DNA from: Phycisphaerales bacterium
GTDB taxonomy: Bacteria > Planctomycetota > Phycisphaerae > Phycisphaerales > UBA1924
DNA: 64,000 nt
Assembly (NCBI GenBank): GCA_965228265.1
Contig: OZ245804.1
Location: forward strand, 207,298-271,297
Direction: 5' to 3'
Position 1 is the stretch's first letter. Each line of letters begins with the position of its first letter. This document shows, one piece after another, positions 36,608-46,131 of this stretch. The notes below the pieces were generated by a model. That model did no database searches, had not been told where the DNA came from, and saw only the letters and a program-made list of their open reading frames with translations. The position numbers and the translations under genes are program-made.

Positions 36608-37896
36608 TGAATGCGTCGGTCCTCCCAAAGTATCTTCTGGGTTCGAAGAGCGCCATACTCGAAGTTGCCAATTCACCCATGTCATTCATCATCGGCCTGG
36701 TGTTTGTCATTTCGGCCGGACTGGCCCGCGAGTACGACGGCGAGGATCTCATCCACCAGCCCTGGCACGCACTCCGTCCGTTGGGCGCGTCGCTGGTCTC
36801 GGGGACAATTCTGTTTCTTGTGATCCATCTTGCCGCCCTGCTCAACAAGCACAGACCACCGTCATATTTCGGTGCCTGGCGATCGTTCATGGGGCTCTTC
36901 TGGATGACCGCCCCGATGGCATGGCTTTATGCAATCCCTTACGAGCACATGATGACACCGGTCGGTGCTGTCTCGCTGAATCTGTGGACGCTCGCAATTG
37001 TAGCCGCCTGGCGCGTGTGGCTGATTGCAAGGGTGATCAGCGTCGTGTACGGCATAGGAGGATTGTCATCGTTCTTTCTCGTCATGTTCTTTGCGGACGC
37101 TGTTACATTCACCGTGGTGACCCTGGCGCCCACGCCAGTGATCGATGTCATGGGCGGCATCCGCCACACTGATCGAGATGCGTTAATCGCCGAGGTCACC
37201 TTCTCGGTGACCATCCTCTCGGTAATGACCGCTCCAGTTTGGCTCATTGGGGCTCTGATTGCTACCGCCAGATTGAAACCCCAATGGCCTGAACCGAACA
37301 CTCACCCAGCTGAACGCGGATCTCGCGGACTTCTCAGAGTCGCGGTTCTTGCGGTGGTCGCATTCATTCCCTTGCTCATTCTGAGCCAGCCGGAACAGAT
37401 CAACAAGCACAGAGTGGAGACACTCTTCAAGCAGGGCAGAGTGGATGAAGCGCTCGACAGAATGTCTGCCCTGCAGCCGAATGACTACCCGTCACACTGG
37501 GATCCACCTCCACGGCTCGGATACAGGGAGAACAAGCCGGATCTCGACCGAATACGAGACGCGATGGCTACAAAGTGGCCTGCTGACTGGGTAGCCGATC
37601 TCTACCTTGCGAAGATTGGGCGCAAGCTCAAACAAAGCGTGCTGTATTATTGGGCTGATGCAAGCTGGTCCCAGATCGTCGATGAGATCCAGGAATACGC
37701 CCAATACTACTCGAATGGATCCACCTCAAGAGTGTCTGTGGAGCAAGCTCGGACCGCTCGTTTTCTTCTCGATTACGATGACTCACTGGGTGAGAATGAT
37801 CGCCGCGCACTTGAGAGACTCATCGCGATCGCAACACCCACTGAATTAGAATCGATCGATGAATCAGACCAGATATTCCAAGACATTCCGGATTGA
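36607..37896 (+). CDS. Polytopic membrane protein of unknown function, translationally coupled to radical SAM gene
   Basis: TGATG overlap. About 8 predicted TM helices followed by a ~150-aa soluble C-terminal domain. Confidence 0.55.
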   Translation: MNASVLPKYLLGSKSAILEVANSPMSFIIGLVFVISAGLAREYDGEDLIHQPWHALRPLGASLVSGTILFLVIHLAALLNKHRPPSYFGAWRSFMGLFWMTAPMAWLYAIPYEHMMTPVGAVSLNLWTLAIVAAWRVWLIARVISVVYGIGGLSSFFLVMFFADAVTFTVVTLAPTPVIDVMGGIRHTDRDALIAEVTFSVTILSVMTAPVWLIGALIATARLKPQWPEPNTHPAERGSRGLLRVAVLAVVAFIPLLILSQPEQINKHRVETLFKQGRVDEALDRMSALQPNDYPSHWDPPPRLGYRENKPDLDRIRDAMATKWPADWVADLYLAKIGRKLKQSVLYYWADASWSQIVDEIQEYAQYYSNGSTSRVSVEQARTARFLLDYDDSLGENDRRALERLIAIATPTELESIDESDQIFQDIPD

Positions 37897-38285
37897 GTCG
37901 AGTGTTCATATTGGCTATTCTCCCACCCTTCCCACCTGCAACATGCCAATACTAATGCAAGGGGCTTCGCCAGCTGAGATGCTCATGCCTGGTCGCATAC
38001 GCCCAGTCAATGCACCTGTGTGACTCACGGGCTAACCTAGCAGAACGTTGCATCTCGGCACGTATTGATACCTGATCCATACCCGTGACATGGGGCTTGA
38101 TCCAGTTCTCGGCACGGATACCGAGAATGGCTCCACTGAGCACCAACACCATCAACTGCAGCTTCCTGTTCATCTCGTGCTCCTTTCTTTCGGGGGATTC
38201 AGGCCCCATGAGCACAAGCGAGACCGGGCGGAGTCAGCTGCCACGTTCTAGATCATCTGAATCCTGGCCGAGTTATGATCCAGCC

Positions 38286-38867
38286 ATGGACGACCCATCA
38301 GCCGCGATCACCCTCCTGCTCGCCAATCAGCACGACTCACCCGATGCGGCCAAGGAACTCCTGCCTCTCGTATACGAACAGCTCCGCAGGTCCGCCCAGC
38401 TCGCCCTGCTCGACGAGGCCTCCGGGCACACACTTGAGCCCACTGCGCTCGTCCATGAGGCATACGTTAAGCTCGCGGGCCCGCGTGAAATTCCATGGGC
38501 CAACCGGGGGCACTACTACGCCGCGGCAGCTCAGGCGATGCGACGGATCCTGATCGACCACGCCCGCTCCAAGGGTGCCCGCATGGCCCGGGAAGCCGCG
38601 ATCAAAGGGCTCTCCGATGTGGCTTCGCTGGCTCGCCAGGAACCTGGCACAATCCTGGCAGTCGACGAGGCTCTGTCTCGCTTGGAGGTTGAGGACCCCG
38701 AGGCGGCCGCCATTGTTCGGCTGCGTTTCTTTGCGGGCCTCAGCGTGGAACAGGCGGCGCTGGCGATGGGGACCTCCCCGCGCACCGCGGCCCGCCTCTG
38801 GTCGCTCGCCCGCGCCAGGCTCCACGTCTTCCTGACCCAGCCGGGCGCCGGAGAGGCCAATGACTGA
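38286..38867 (+). CDS. Planctomycete-type ECF sigma factor (Sigma70_ECF family)
   Basis: LLPLVYEQLRRSAQL... region 2 and IVRLRFFAGLSVEQAALAMGTSPRTAARLWSLARARL region 4. Overlaps the kinase start. Confidence 0.75.
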   Translation: MDDPSAAITLLLANQHDSPDAAKELLPLVYEQLRRSAQLALLDEASGHTLEPTALVHEAYVKLAGPREIPWANRGHYYAAAAQAMRRILIDHARSKGARMAREAAIKGLSDVASLARQEPGTILAVDEALSRLEVEDPEAAAIVRLRFFAGLSVEQAALAMGTSPRTAARLWSLARARLHVFLTQPGAGEAND

Positions 38868-41800
38868 CCACATTGCTAAGCGTGCCCGCGAAATCTACTT
38901 GCAGCTCTCGACACTCGACCAGAGCGCCCTAGAAGCCGAGCTGGATCGCCTGTCTGGTGGCGACGCGAAACTTAAGGACGCGGTCGTCAGCCTAATCGAC
39001 GCCCAAGCGCACGCTGACCAAGACGACTTCATGTCGAGCCCCACCGCCGGCACGACCGCAATGAGTGCAACCATCACCGAGTCCGCGGGCTCGGCCATCG
39101 GCCCATACAAACTCCTGCAGCTCATCGGCGAGGGCGGCTTCGGTTCAGTCTTCCTTGCCGAGCAGGCGAGACCCGTTCGCAGACGTGCCGCGCTCAAGAT
39201 CATCAAGCTGGGTATGGACACCAAGCAGGTCATCGCCCGCTTCGAGGCCGAGCGCCAGGCGCTGGCGATGATGGACCACCCGCACATCGCGCGGGTCTAT
39301 GACGCCGGCGCAACGGATACAGGCCGCCCTTACTTTGCGATGGAATACGTCGTTGGCGACGCGATCACCAAGTTCGCCGACGCCCACAAACTCGACATCC
39401 CATCGCGTCTGGCGCTCTTTGCGCAGGCCTGCTCTGCTGTCCAGCACGCGCACACCAAGGGCGTCATCCACCGAGACCTCAAGCCCGCAAACGTGCTCGT
39501 CAGCATGGTCGACGGCAAGCCGTACGCCAAGGTCATTGACTTCGGCATCGCGAAGGCCACCGCCTCGCCGCTCACCGAGAAAACGCTCTTCACCGAGCAC
39601 CGCCAGCTCATCGGCACGCCCGAGTACATGAGCCCCGAGCAGGCCGAGGGCTCGCCCGACATCGACACACGCACCGACGTGTACGCGCTGGGCGTCTTGC
39701 TCTATGAGCTCCTGACGGGCGTGACGCCCTTCGACGCCAAACGCTTGCGCTCGGCCGCGTTCGGGGAGATGCAGCGCATCATCAAGGAAGAAGACCCCCC
39801 CGCTCCCAGCCTGCGCCTGACACGCAACCTCGAAAGCCTCGCCAAGACTGCGATGGACCGCAAGGTTGAGCCGACTAAGCTCAGCAACGCCGTGCGCGGC
39901 GAGCTGGACTGGATCGTCATGAAATCTCTCGACAAGGACCGGGCCCGGCGGTACGAGAGCGCCGCCCAGCTGGCGACAGACATCGGCAACCACCTGGCGG
40001 GCGATGCAGTCGTCGCCGCACCGCCGAGCCGGGGGTATCGGTTGCGGAAGTTTGTGCGCCGGAATAGGGGGGCGGTGATCGCGGGGAGCGCCGTGTCCGC
40101 GGCAATCCTGCTTGGGCTGGCTGGTACGGCTTGGGGATGGAACGCGGCCAGGCAGTCGAACAAGGATCTCTCACAGAATCTCTCCATTGCGCGTGAATCT
40201 CTTCTGAGCAGCATCGTTCAGACCGTTGAGTTTGACGAAGGAGAGCGACTAGCGCTGATGGATGAGATGGGGATCACTGAGAGCCAGGCGCGGCGTGAGC
40301 AAGCCAATGCTTTTGTCGAAGGTATCCGCCAAGCTCGCAAGCATCTTGCCGCAGAAGAAGGCCGCACTGTCGATCCCACAGAACTCAATGACATCGCAAT
40401 GCTCTCATTTGTTTCCACCATGAGCGTCGAAGAGATCGTCAAGCTGCGCGACAAGCTGCGAAACCAGGCCGACATCGCCCGCAACGGCTTGGACGAGATG
40501 AGCCGGATTCTCAACGATTACGATCCCCAGGAATCGCCGCAAGTCGGCGAGGTCGCCCTATCCACATGGAACTCCCACAACAGCGACCAATTCCCAGGCG
40601 AATCCCCGGACGAACTCAGGCTCCGGGCACTCATGGCGTATGCGACAGGCAATGCGAAGAAGCTCGTTGCAGAATCTAATCGATCAAGCCGAATAGCCCA
40701 GGCCGTAGCCATGATGGGCGATGTCCAGAATGAGTACGTTGCCAATATGTACAGCAGTTACAGCGGTAACCTTGCGGACGGTTCTGAGAAATCGAGTTTG
40801 CAATATCTTATGGAGGCTCTAGATGAAGGCCTGCTCGCCGACGCACCGGAAGCCGAGTTTCCGATCCGTTCCGCGCTCAGTTCGCTCCTGGAAACCTCAA
40901 CGAAATCGGACGCGATCGACTTTTGCCTGAAATCACTCCAGAAGGCCGAGCAACGACTGGGATCCGAGCATCCGATCTCGATCAGATTGCTGGTGAACCT
41001 CGTCAGGATGCATGACCAGAACTCTGCAAAGAAAGACGAGACGATTCTCGCCGAGGCACGAAGCTGGTACGGGCACCTCCGCCAGCGGCTCCACGCGGTT
41101 CGAGGCGACCTCCCCGAGCACGACACGCGCCAATGGGCCAGCGAGCTTATTTCATACAGCTCGCAGTACGACGATACCAACTGGACGGCAGCGATGGTGC
41201 TCGGCGAACCCGACGCGTTCAGCTACACGGACCATGAAGGCGCGTGGACGCCTGTAGCGAGCAGCAGGAAATTCGAGCACGTGACCGTTGGATTCGAACA
41301 GCCCGTCTTCGCGACGGGTGTCATGGTGCGACAGGTTCTCAATAACGGGTTCGTCAGGCTGATCGAAGTAATCGATCTGGGCGGCGAGCTGCACCCCGTA
41401 TGGGCGGGTGAAGATACGAGCGAGAGAGGTATGCCTTACGACTTCGTCGCACGGTTCGAACGCACACCATTTGCAGTTCAAGGAGTGCGCGTCACCATCG
41501 ACGCAAATCACGCGTCGACCTATGAAGAAGTCGACGCGATCGAGCTCATCGGCTTTGCCGTACGCCCCGACGAGATCCAGGCCGATCCGGAGGTCAGAGC
41601 CCTTGCAAGCACGCGTCATGAACAGGCCATGCGACTCGTCGGCCCCATCGTGCAGGAAGCCCTCGCCAACGCTCCCACACTGAAAGAAGCCGAGCAACGC
41701 GTAATGAACGCGCCCGATCTAGATACCGCCGAGCGAAACAAAGTCGCCTTGGCTTTCTCCAAGGCGAGCATGGAGGTTCGCGATCTGGCACGCACGCAGG

Positions 41801-42372
41801 GTGAGCAGTTCGTAGCCCAGTGCCTCACCCTCGACCGCAGCATTGCCAAACTCGATCGCACAGATGGTCTCACGCCCATCATGCGTGACGAAATCAGAAA
41901 GGAGCTCCAAACGCTTGCCCAGAACTCGATCTACGCGATCAACGAGCGGATCTGGAGAACTGTACACGTCCCGGGGGCTTCTAAAGAAACACTCGCCATC
42001 GCCCTCGAAGAGGCGCTCAAACTCACCGAGGCATACCCGGATTCCCCCAACTATCGATTTACACTCGGAGCCACGCAGTACAGACTCGGTGAATTCGAAA
42101 GTGCCCTTGCCTCGCTCACCGAATCACGCCGGTTGTACGGCAGCCGCGTGCTCACCTTGGATCACCTATTCCTGGCTATGGTCTACGCCAAACTCGGAAG
42201 AGACCAGGAGGCTCTCGATATCTTCCTGAACTGGGACATCGATCTTCGCTCGACAGATACAAACACCGAGAACGGCCGTATCTACACCGAGACGCTCGAA
42301 GTACTCGGACCAATCCTCAGGAACGCCGGCATCGACGCCTCCGAGCCGATCGCCCAGCCCCCCACACCCTGA
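38860..42372 (+). CDS. Hanks-type serine/threonine protein kinase with single TM segment and large C-terminal extracytoplasmic region
   Basis: GEGGFGSV, ALKIIK, HRDLKPANVL, DFGIAK, GTPEYMSPE. TM segment AVIAGSAVSAAILLGLAGTAWGW. About 750-aa C-terminal region. Confidence 0.85.
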   Translation: MTDHIAKRAREIYLQLSTLDQSALEAELDRLSGGDAKLKDAVVSLIDAQAHADQDDFMSSPTAGTTAMSATITESAGSAIGPYKLLQLIGEGGFGSVFLAEQARPVRRRAALKIIKLGMDTKQVIARFEAERQALAMMDHPHIARVYDAGATDTGRPYFAMEYVVGDAITKFADAHKLDIPSRLALFAQACSAVQHAHTKGVIHRDLKPANVLVSMVDGKPYAKVIDFGIAKATASPLTEKTLFTEHRQLIGTPEYMSPEQAEGSPDIDTRTDVYALGVLLYELLTGVTPFDAKRLRSAAFGEMQRIIKEEDPPAPSLRLTRNLESLAKTAMDRKVEPTKLSNAVRGELDWIVMKSLDKDRARRYESAAQLATDIGNHLAGDAVVAAPPSRGYRLRKFVRRNRGAVIAGSAVSAAILLGLAGTAWGWNAARQSNKDLSQNLSIARESLLSSIVQTVEFDEGERLALMDEMGITESQARREQANAFVEGIRQARKHLAAEEGRTVDPTELNDIAMLSFVSTMSVEEIVKLRDKLRNQADIARNGLDEMSRILNDYDPQESPQVGEVALSTWNSHNSDQFPGESPDELRLRALMAYATGNAKKLVAESNRSSRIAQAVAMMGDVQNEYVANMYSSYSGNLADGSEKSSLQYLMEALDEGLLADAPEAEFPIRSALSSLLETSTKSDAIDFCLKSLQKAEQRLGSEHPISIRLLVNLVRMHDQNSAKKDETILAEARSWYGHLRQRLHAVRGDLPEHDTRQWASELISYSSQYDDTNWTAAMVLGEPDAFSYTDHEGAWTPVASSRKFEHVTVGFEQPVFATGVMVRQVLNNGFVRLIEVIDLGGELHPVWAGEDTSERGMPYDFVARFERTPFAVQGVRVTIDANHASTYEEVDAIELIGFAVRPDEIQADPEVRALASTRHEQAMRLVGPIVQEALANAPTLKEAEQRVMNAPDLDTAERNKVALAFSKASMEVRDLARTQGEQFVAQCLTLDRSIAKLDRTDGLTPIMRDEIRKELQTLAQNSIYAINERIWRTVHVPGASKETLAIALEEALKLTEAYPDSPNYRFTLGATQYRLGEFESALASLTESRRLYGSRVLTLDHLFLAMVYAKLGRDQEALDIFLNWDIDLRSTDTNTENGRIYTETLEVLGPILRNAGIDASEPIAQPPTP

Positions 42373-42416
42373 GCCTCCTCGCACAACTAGCGCCGCTCCG
42401 GAGCTTGGTGGTATGC

Positions 42417-42716
42417 TCAGACACCAGGCTTGCCGTCGTGTTCAGGCTGCTCGAGGTCCACGAAACGGAGATCATTCAGCACGAGGACATCGGCATCGCC
42501 GGCAAAGTCTCGATGTAGATAGAAGGCCAACTGCCGCTCGGCCTCGATGCCGGCTCGGAGTTTCGGATCGGACGGGAGCGTGCTCGACTGAGATGGCTTC
42601 ACGATCATGTCCTTGCTCCTGCTCTGCGGCATGACTGGGGGCATTTCGCATTCATTAGAACCATGGCCACGCACAATGGAGACGAGCACGACATCCAGCA
42701 TGGTCTGTACGATCAC
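42417..42716 (-). pseudogene. Truncated NERD-domain gene (N-terminal ~75 aa only), paralogue of 8992-10068
   Basis: MIVKPSQSSTLPSDPKLRAGIEAERQLAFYLHRDFAGDADVLVLNDLRFVDLEQPEHDGKPGV. Ends where the kinase gene stops. Confidence 0.6.
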
Positions 42717-44261
42717 CTCGTGAGCCTGGCCCTCCAGGAACGACTATATTTGTATAATATCCTCGCCTCACTGAATACACCGAGCTCGATGCTGGGGAGG
42801 CCCACTCGGCTATTGCCCAGTATGTGGAGCGTCTACTGGCCGACTCGCTGTCGACACTCCGGGGCAAGGACTCCGCCGATAGGCAGCGTCGTCTCGTGGA
42901 CCAGCTCATCGGGACGCTCATCGCTGAGCTGGGTGACGATTGGGCAGACCGGTTCAATCTGGCTAGCCCAGTTCGTCGGCTGCTCGCGATGCACGCTGAG
43001 CCTCAGAAGCATCCGGCAACGCGCCCATATACGCTCTTGGCCCGTTCCGCATTGCTCACCGGTACGCGGCTTGATCCATCGCTGGCGTCGCAGCTTGCGA
43101 AAGAGTTTGCTAGTGCAGACCGGGTCGACATTCTGTGCTCATTCATCAAATGGAGCGGCATCCGCCTGCTGATGGACGCGATCCGCGAACTCACAGCCAC
43201 GCCTCATCCGGACGGCCCGCGACTTCGCGTCATCTCCACGAGTTACATTGGCGCGACGGATGCAAAGGCGATCGAAGTAATCCGCGACTTGCCGAACACC
43301 CAGGTCAAAATGTCCTACGACACCGAACGGACCCGCCTACACGCGAAGTCCTATGTAGTCCACCGCAACACTGGTTTCGGCAGCGCCTACATCGGTTCGG
43401 CCAACCTATCACGAGCAGCACTGTCCGAGGGCCTCGAATGGACCAGCAAGATAAGCCAGTACGAGTTGCCTCACCTGTGGCAGACAATCGTCGCTACCTT
43501 TGAGACCTACTGGAATGACGACGAGTTTGAAAGCTTTGATGGTGCCGCCTTACCCAAGCTCCGCGAGGCGCTCGATCGCGAACGCACACGCGGCTCTATT
43601 GATATTGGGGATCTCCCAACATTTGACCTCCGCCCCTACCCATTTCAGGAAGAGATCTTGGACGCAATGGCCGCCGAGCGGGAGGTGCAAGGGAAGCATC
43701 GCTACCTCATCGTAGCCGCGACGGGGACCGGCAAGACGATGATCGCCGCGTTCGACTACAAGCGATGGGCCGGCGGCCGGAAGCCGTCTCTGCTCTTTAT
43801 CGTCCACCGCGAAGAGATCCTCCGACAAGCTCTTGGTATGTACAGGGCCGTGCTTCGCGACCATAACTTCGGCGATGTACTCGTCGGGGGCAGCATCCCC
43901 GAGCAACGCGACCACCTGTTCTGCTCCATCCTGAGCAACAACCGCCGCAGCCTTCATGAACTCCCACCAGGCCAATTCGATGACATCGTGGTAGACGAGT
44001 TTCACCACGCCGCGGCTCAGAGCTACCGTCGACTTCTGGACATCGTGCAGCCGAAGATCCTGCTTGGGCTCACCGCGACCCCAGAACGCGCTGACGGCCT
44101 TGATGTCCTTGCCTTGTGGCGGCGAGCCAGCCGCCGAGGTCCGCTTATCCGCCGCGATCAGCCGACGACTGCTCTGCCCGTTCCAGTATTTCGGGGTCGC
44201 TGACAACGTCGACCTCGATGGGTTGACCTGGCAGCGCGGCGGCTACCGGATCGAAGACTGA
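42663..44261 (+). pseudogene. Decayed paralogue (~88% aa identity) of the PLD/helicase/DUF3427 gene; internal deletion, frameshift and truncation
   Basis: Frames 42663 and 42824 together reconstruct the N-terminus, PLD domain and helicase motifs I-III. A frameshift near 44100 and a stop at 44261 (...GGYRIED*) come just before the IS remnant. Confidence 0.7.
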
Positions 44262-44328
44262 CCTGCCCCCCAGAATCTGATCCATCTTGAGGCTGGTAGC
44301 CTCTGGTTTGAATCGAGGAGGATCTGGG

Positions 44329-44760
44329 ATGGCGAGGAACCGGTATTCGGCTGAGGAGACAGTCAACATTCTGCGGCAGGCTGAGGTCGAGCTGCCCAAG
44401 GGCTCGACGGTGGCCCAGGCGTGCAAGCAGATCGGGGTGGCTGATCAGACGTATTACAAGTGGTGACGCGAGTACGGCGGGCTCAAGACCGATCAGGCGA
44501 AGCGATTCAAGCAGCTCGAGCAGGAGAACGCGCGGCTGAAGATGCTGGTCGCGGACCTTTCGCTGGATAAGGCGATGCTGCAGGATGTCGCCCGGGGAAA
44601 CTATATAAGCCCGCGCAAGACGCGTCGGGCGGTCGGCGCGCTGCACGCCCGAGCCCCCGCCGCGCTCGGCCTCCGGGCTCGACGTATCCACGACCTACCT
44701 CGGCTCGCTGGGCTGAGGACCCGTGCTCCTTGGTGTCAGGGATGACACCTGCCCCGGCCG
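44329..44760 (+). mobile_element. IS3-family transposase OrfA remnant with in-frame TGA, truncated before OrfB
   Basis: MARNRYSAEETVNILRQAEVELPKGSTVAQACKQIGVADQTYYKW*REYGGLKTDQAKRFKQLEQENARLKMLVADLSLDKAMLQDVARGNY. HTH plus leucine zipper typical of IS3 OrfA. Confidence 0.65.
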
Positions 44761-45003
44761 GTCCTGCCATCTGGATCGGCCGGGGATCTAGTATCTGTCA
44801 CATTTCAGTGGCATTTGGGTCATTCTAAACCACAAGATGGTGCCCGCAGGCACTTAAGGGATCCAAACCTTACACATACCCGCCAAAGGTGCAAATCACA
44901 TCGTTACTGAACTGACTTACAACAATGCCGGGGTATTGCCCCGATACGCATAGATTCCAGTAGAATTACGGCGACACAGATCCAGATACGGACCGCCCTC
45001 GCC

Positions 45004-46131
45004 ATGGCTTTTGATGCTCAACTCATTGCTCACCGCCCCAGAGAAACCGCTGGGTCCCTAAGCGCAAATCGATTTGAGTTTCAACTCAATTGGGCGATTT
45101 GTCACTTGATTAAACTTCACAGAACTATAGACGAGTATGTCGTACTCATTGATTATCACGAGGACATAGTCGTTCTTAATGCGGAAACAAACCCGACGAG
45201 TGCAGAGTTTTTCCAGATCAAATCGAAGACGACGGGAAACTGGACAACGAAACAACTAATTAAACAGGAAAAGGGAAATTCTGGCAAGAAACTTTCAATT
45301 CTTGGAAAACTGTATCATTCGTATACTTTGTGGCCGAATTGCACTGCCGGACTCTACTTTGTCAGCAACGCACCACTCAAAGCAAAGGATCAAAAATCCC
45401 AAAGCACCATAAAACTTGCTACGATTCCTTTTTCTGCGCTTCTAAAGTCAGAGCAAGATGAGATCGTTAATTCTATCAACACAGAGCACAGCACGCAGGA
45501 CGCATCAACAGGCCTCAAGCTATTCACCTACAAGAAATGCAATCTCACCCCTAGCGGCCAGGCGGAAATGGCAATAGGAGTTGTAGCCAATTTTCTTGAA
45601 TCCATTCAGGGAGGCCAAACACTACCTGCACCGGCTTTCTACAGAGCACTCAAAGACGAGCTCCAGAGGAGATTTCGCACAGAGCAGATCCCAATTTCCT
45701 ACAATGAACTACGTGAGTTTAAGGGACTATCTGGATCACATTTTGCCAAGATGATCGAGGTTGCTGTTGCCGAGCCGTTGCGGCAAGACTTAGCAACGTT
45801 GATTGGCGGTCGCCTGAACAGTGAGGACGTGCCCTTCGCAGAAGTAAACCGGATTCGCAACGAGGTAAGTAAGATCCAGTTGAAATTGCTTGATAGTTCA
45901 AACCTGTTCATCACCGACTCCCTCTCGGTAGTCCGAGGTGTAGTCACTCAAGTGAAAAGACACTCCAGACTTTGGGACACCATTGAGGAAACCGCATCAC
46001 ATCCTGGCTTAAAAACACTTAAAAGGACATTGTCACACGATGTCGTTCGTGCTATGATAGGGATTTGTCTGCATGAGTCAAATGACACACTACCGGCTCC
46101 TGATCCGGATGCTCAGGAGAAAGCAACATGA
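45004..46131 (+). CDS. Lamassu LmuA-like protein (DUF4297/Cap4-type PD-(D/E)xK nuclease N-domain)
   Basis: N-terminal FEFQLNWAICHLIKLH...DEYVVLIDYHEDIVVLN...FFQIKSK (E...D...E.D...QxK pattern). AT-rich gene (~45% GC) in a ~67% GC genome. Confidence 0.55.
   Translation: MAFDAQLIAHRPRETAGSLSANRFEFQLNWAICHLIKLHRTIDEYVVLIDYHEDIVVLNAETNPTSAEFFQIKSKTTGNWTTKQLIKQEKGNSGKKLSILGKLYHSYTLWPNCTAGLYFVSNAPLKAKDQKSQSTIKLATIPFSALLKSEQDEIVNSINTEHSTQDASTGLKLFTYKKCNLTPSGQAEMAIGVVANFLESIQGGQTLPAPAFYRALKDELQRRFRTEQIPISYNELREFKGLSGSHFAKMIEVAVAEPLRQDLATLIGGRLNSEDVPFAEVNRIRNEVSKIQLKLLDSSNLFITDSLSVVRGVVTQVKRHSRLWDTIEETASHPGLKTLKRTLSHDVVRAMIGICLHESNDTLPAPDPDAQEKAT

Noticed and set aside
37952-38173. Small ORF with signal-peptide-like start (MNRKLQLMVLVLSGAILGI) upstream of the ECF sigma gene
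   Set aside because: It could be a secreted peptide or anti-sigma-like factor, but it is short, AT-rich and unsupported by motifs. It is left as a note only.
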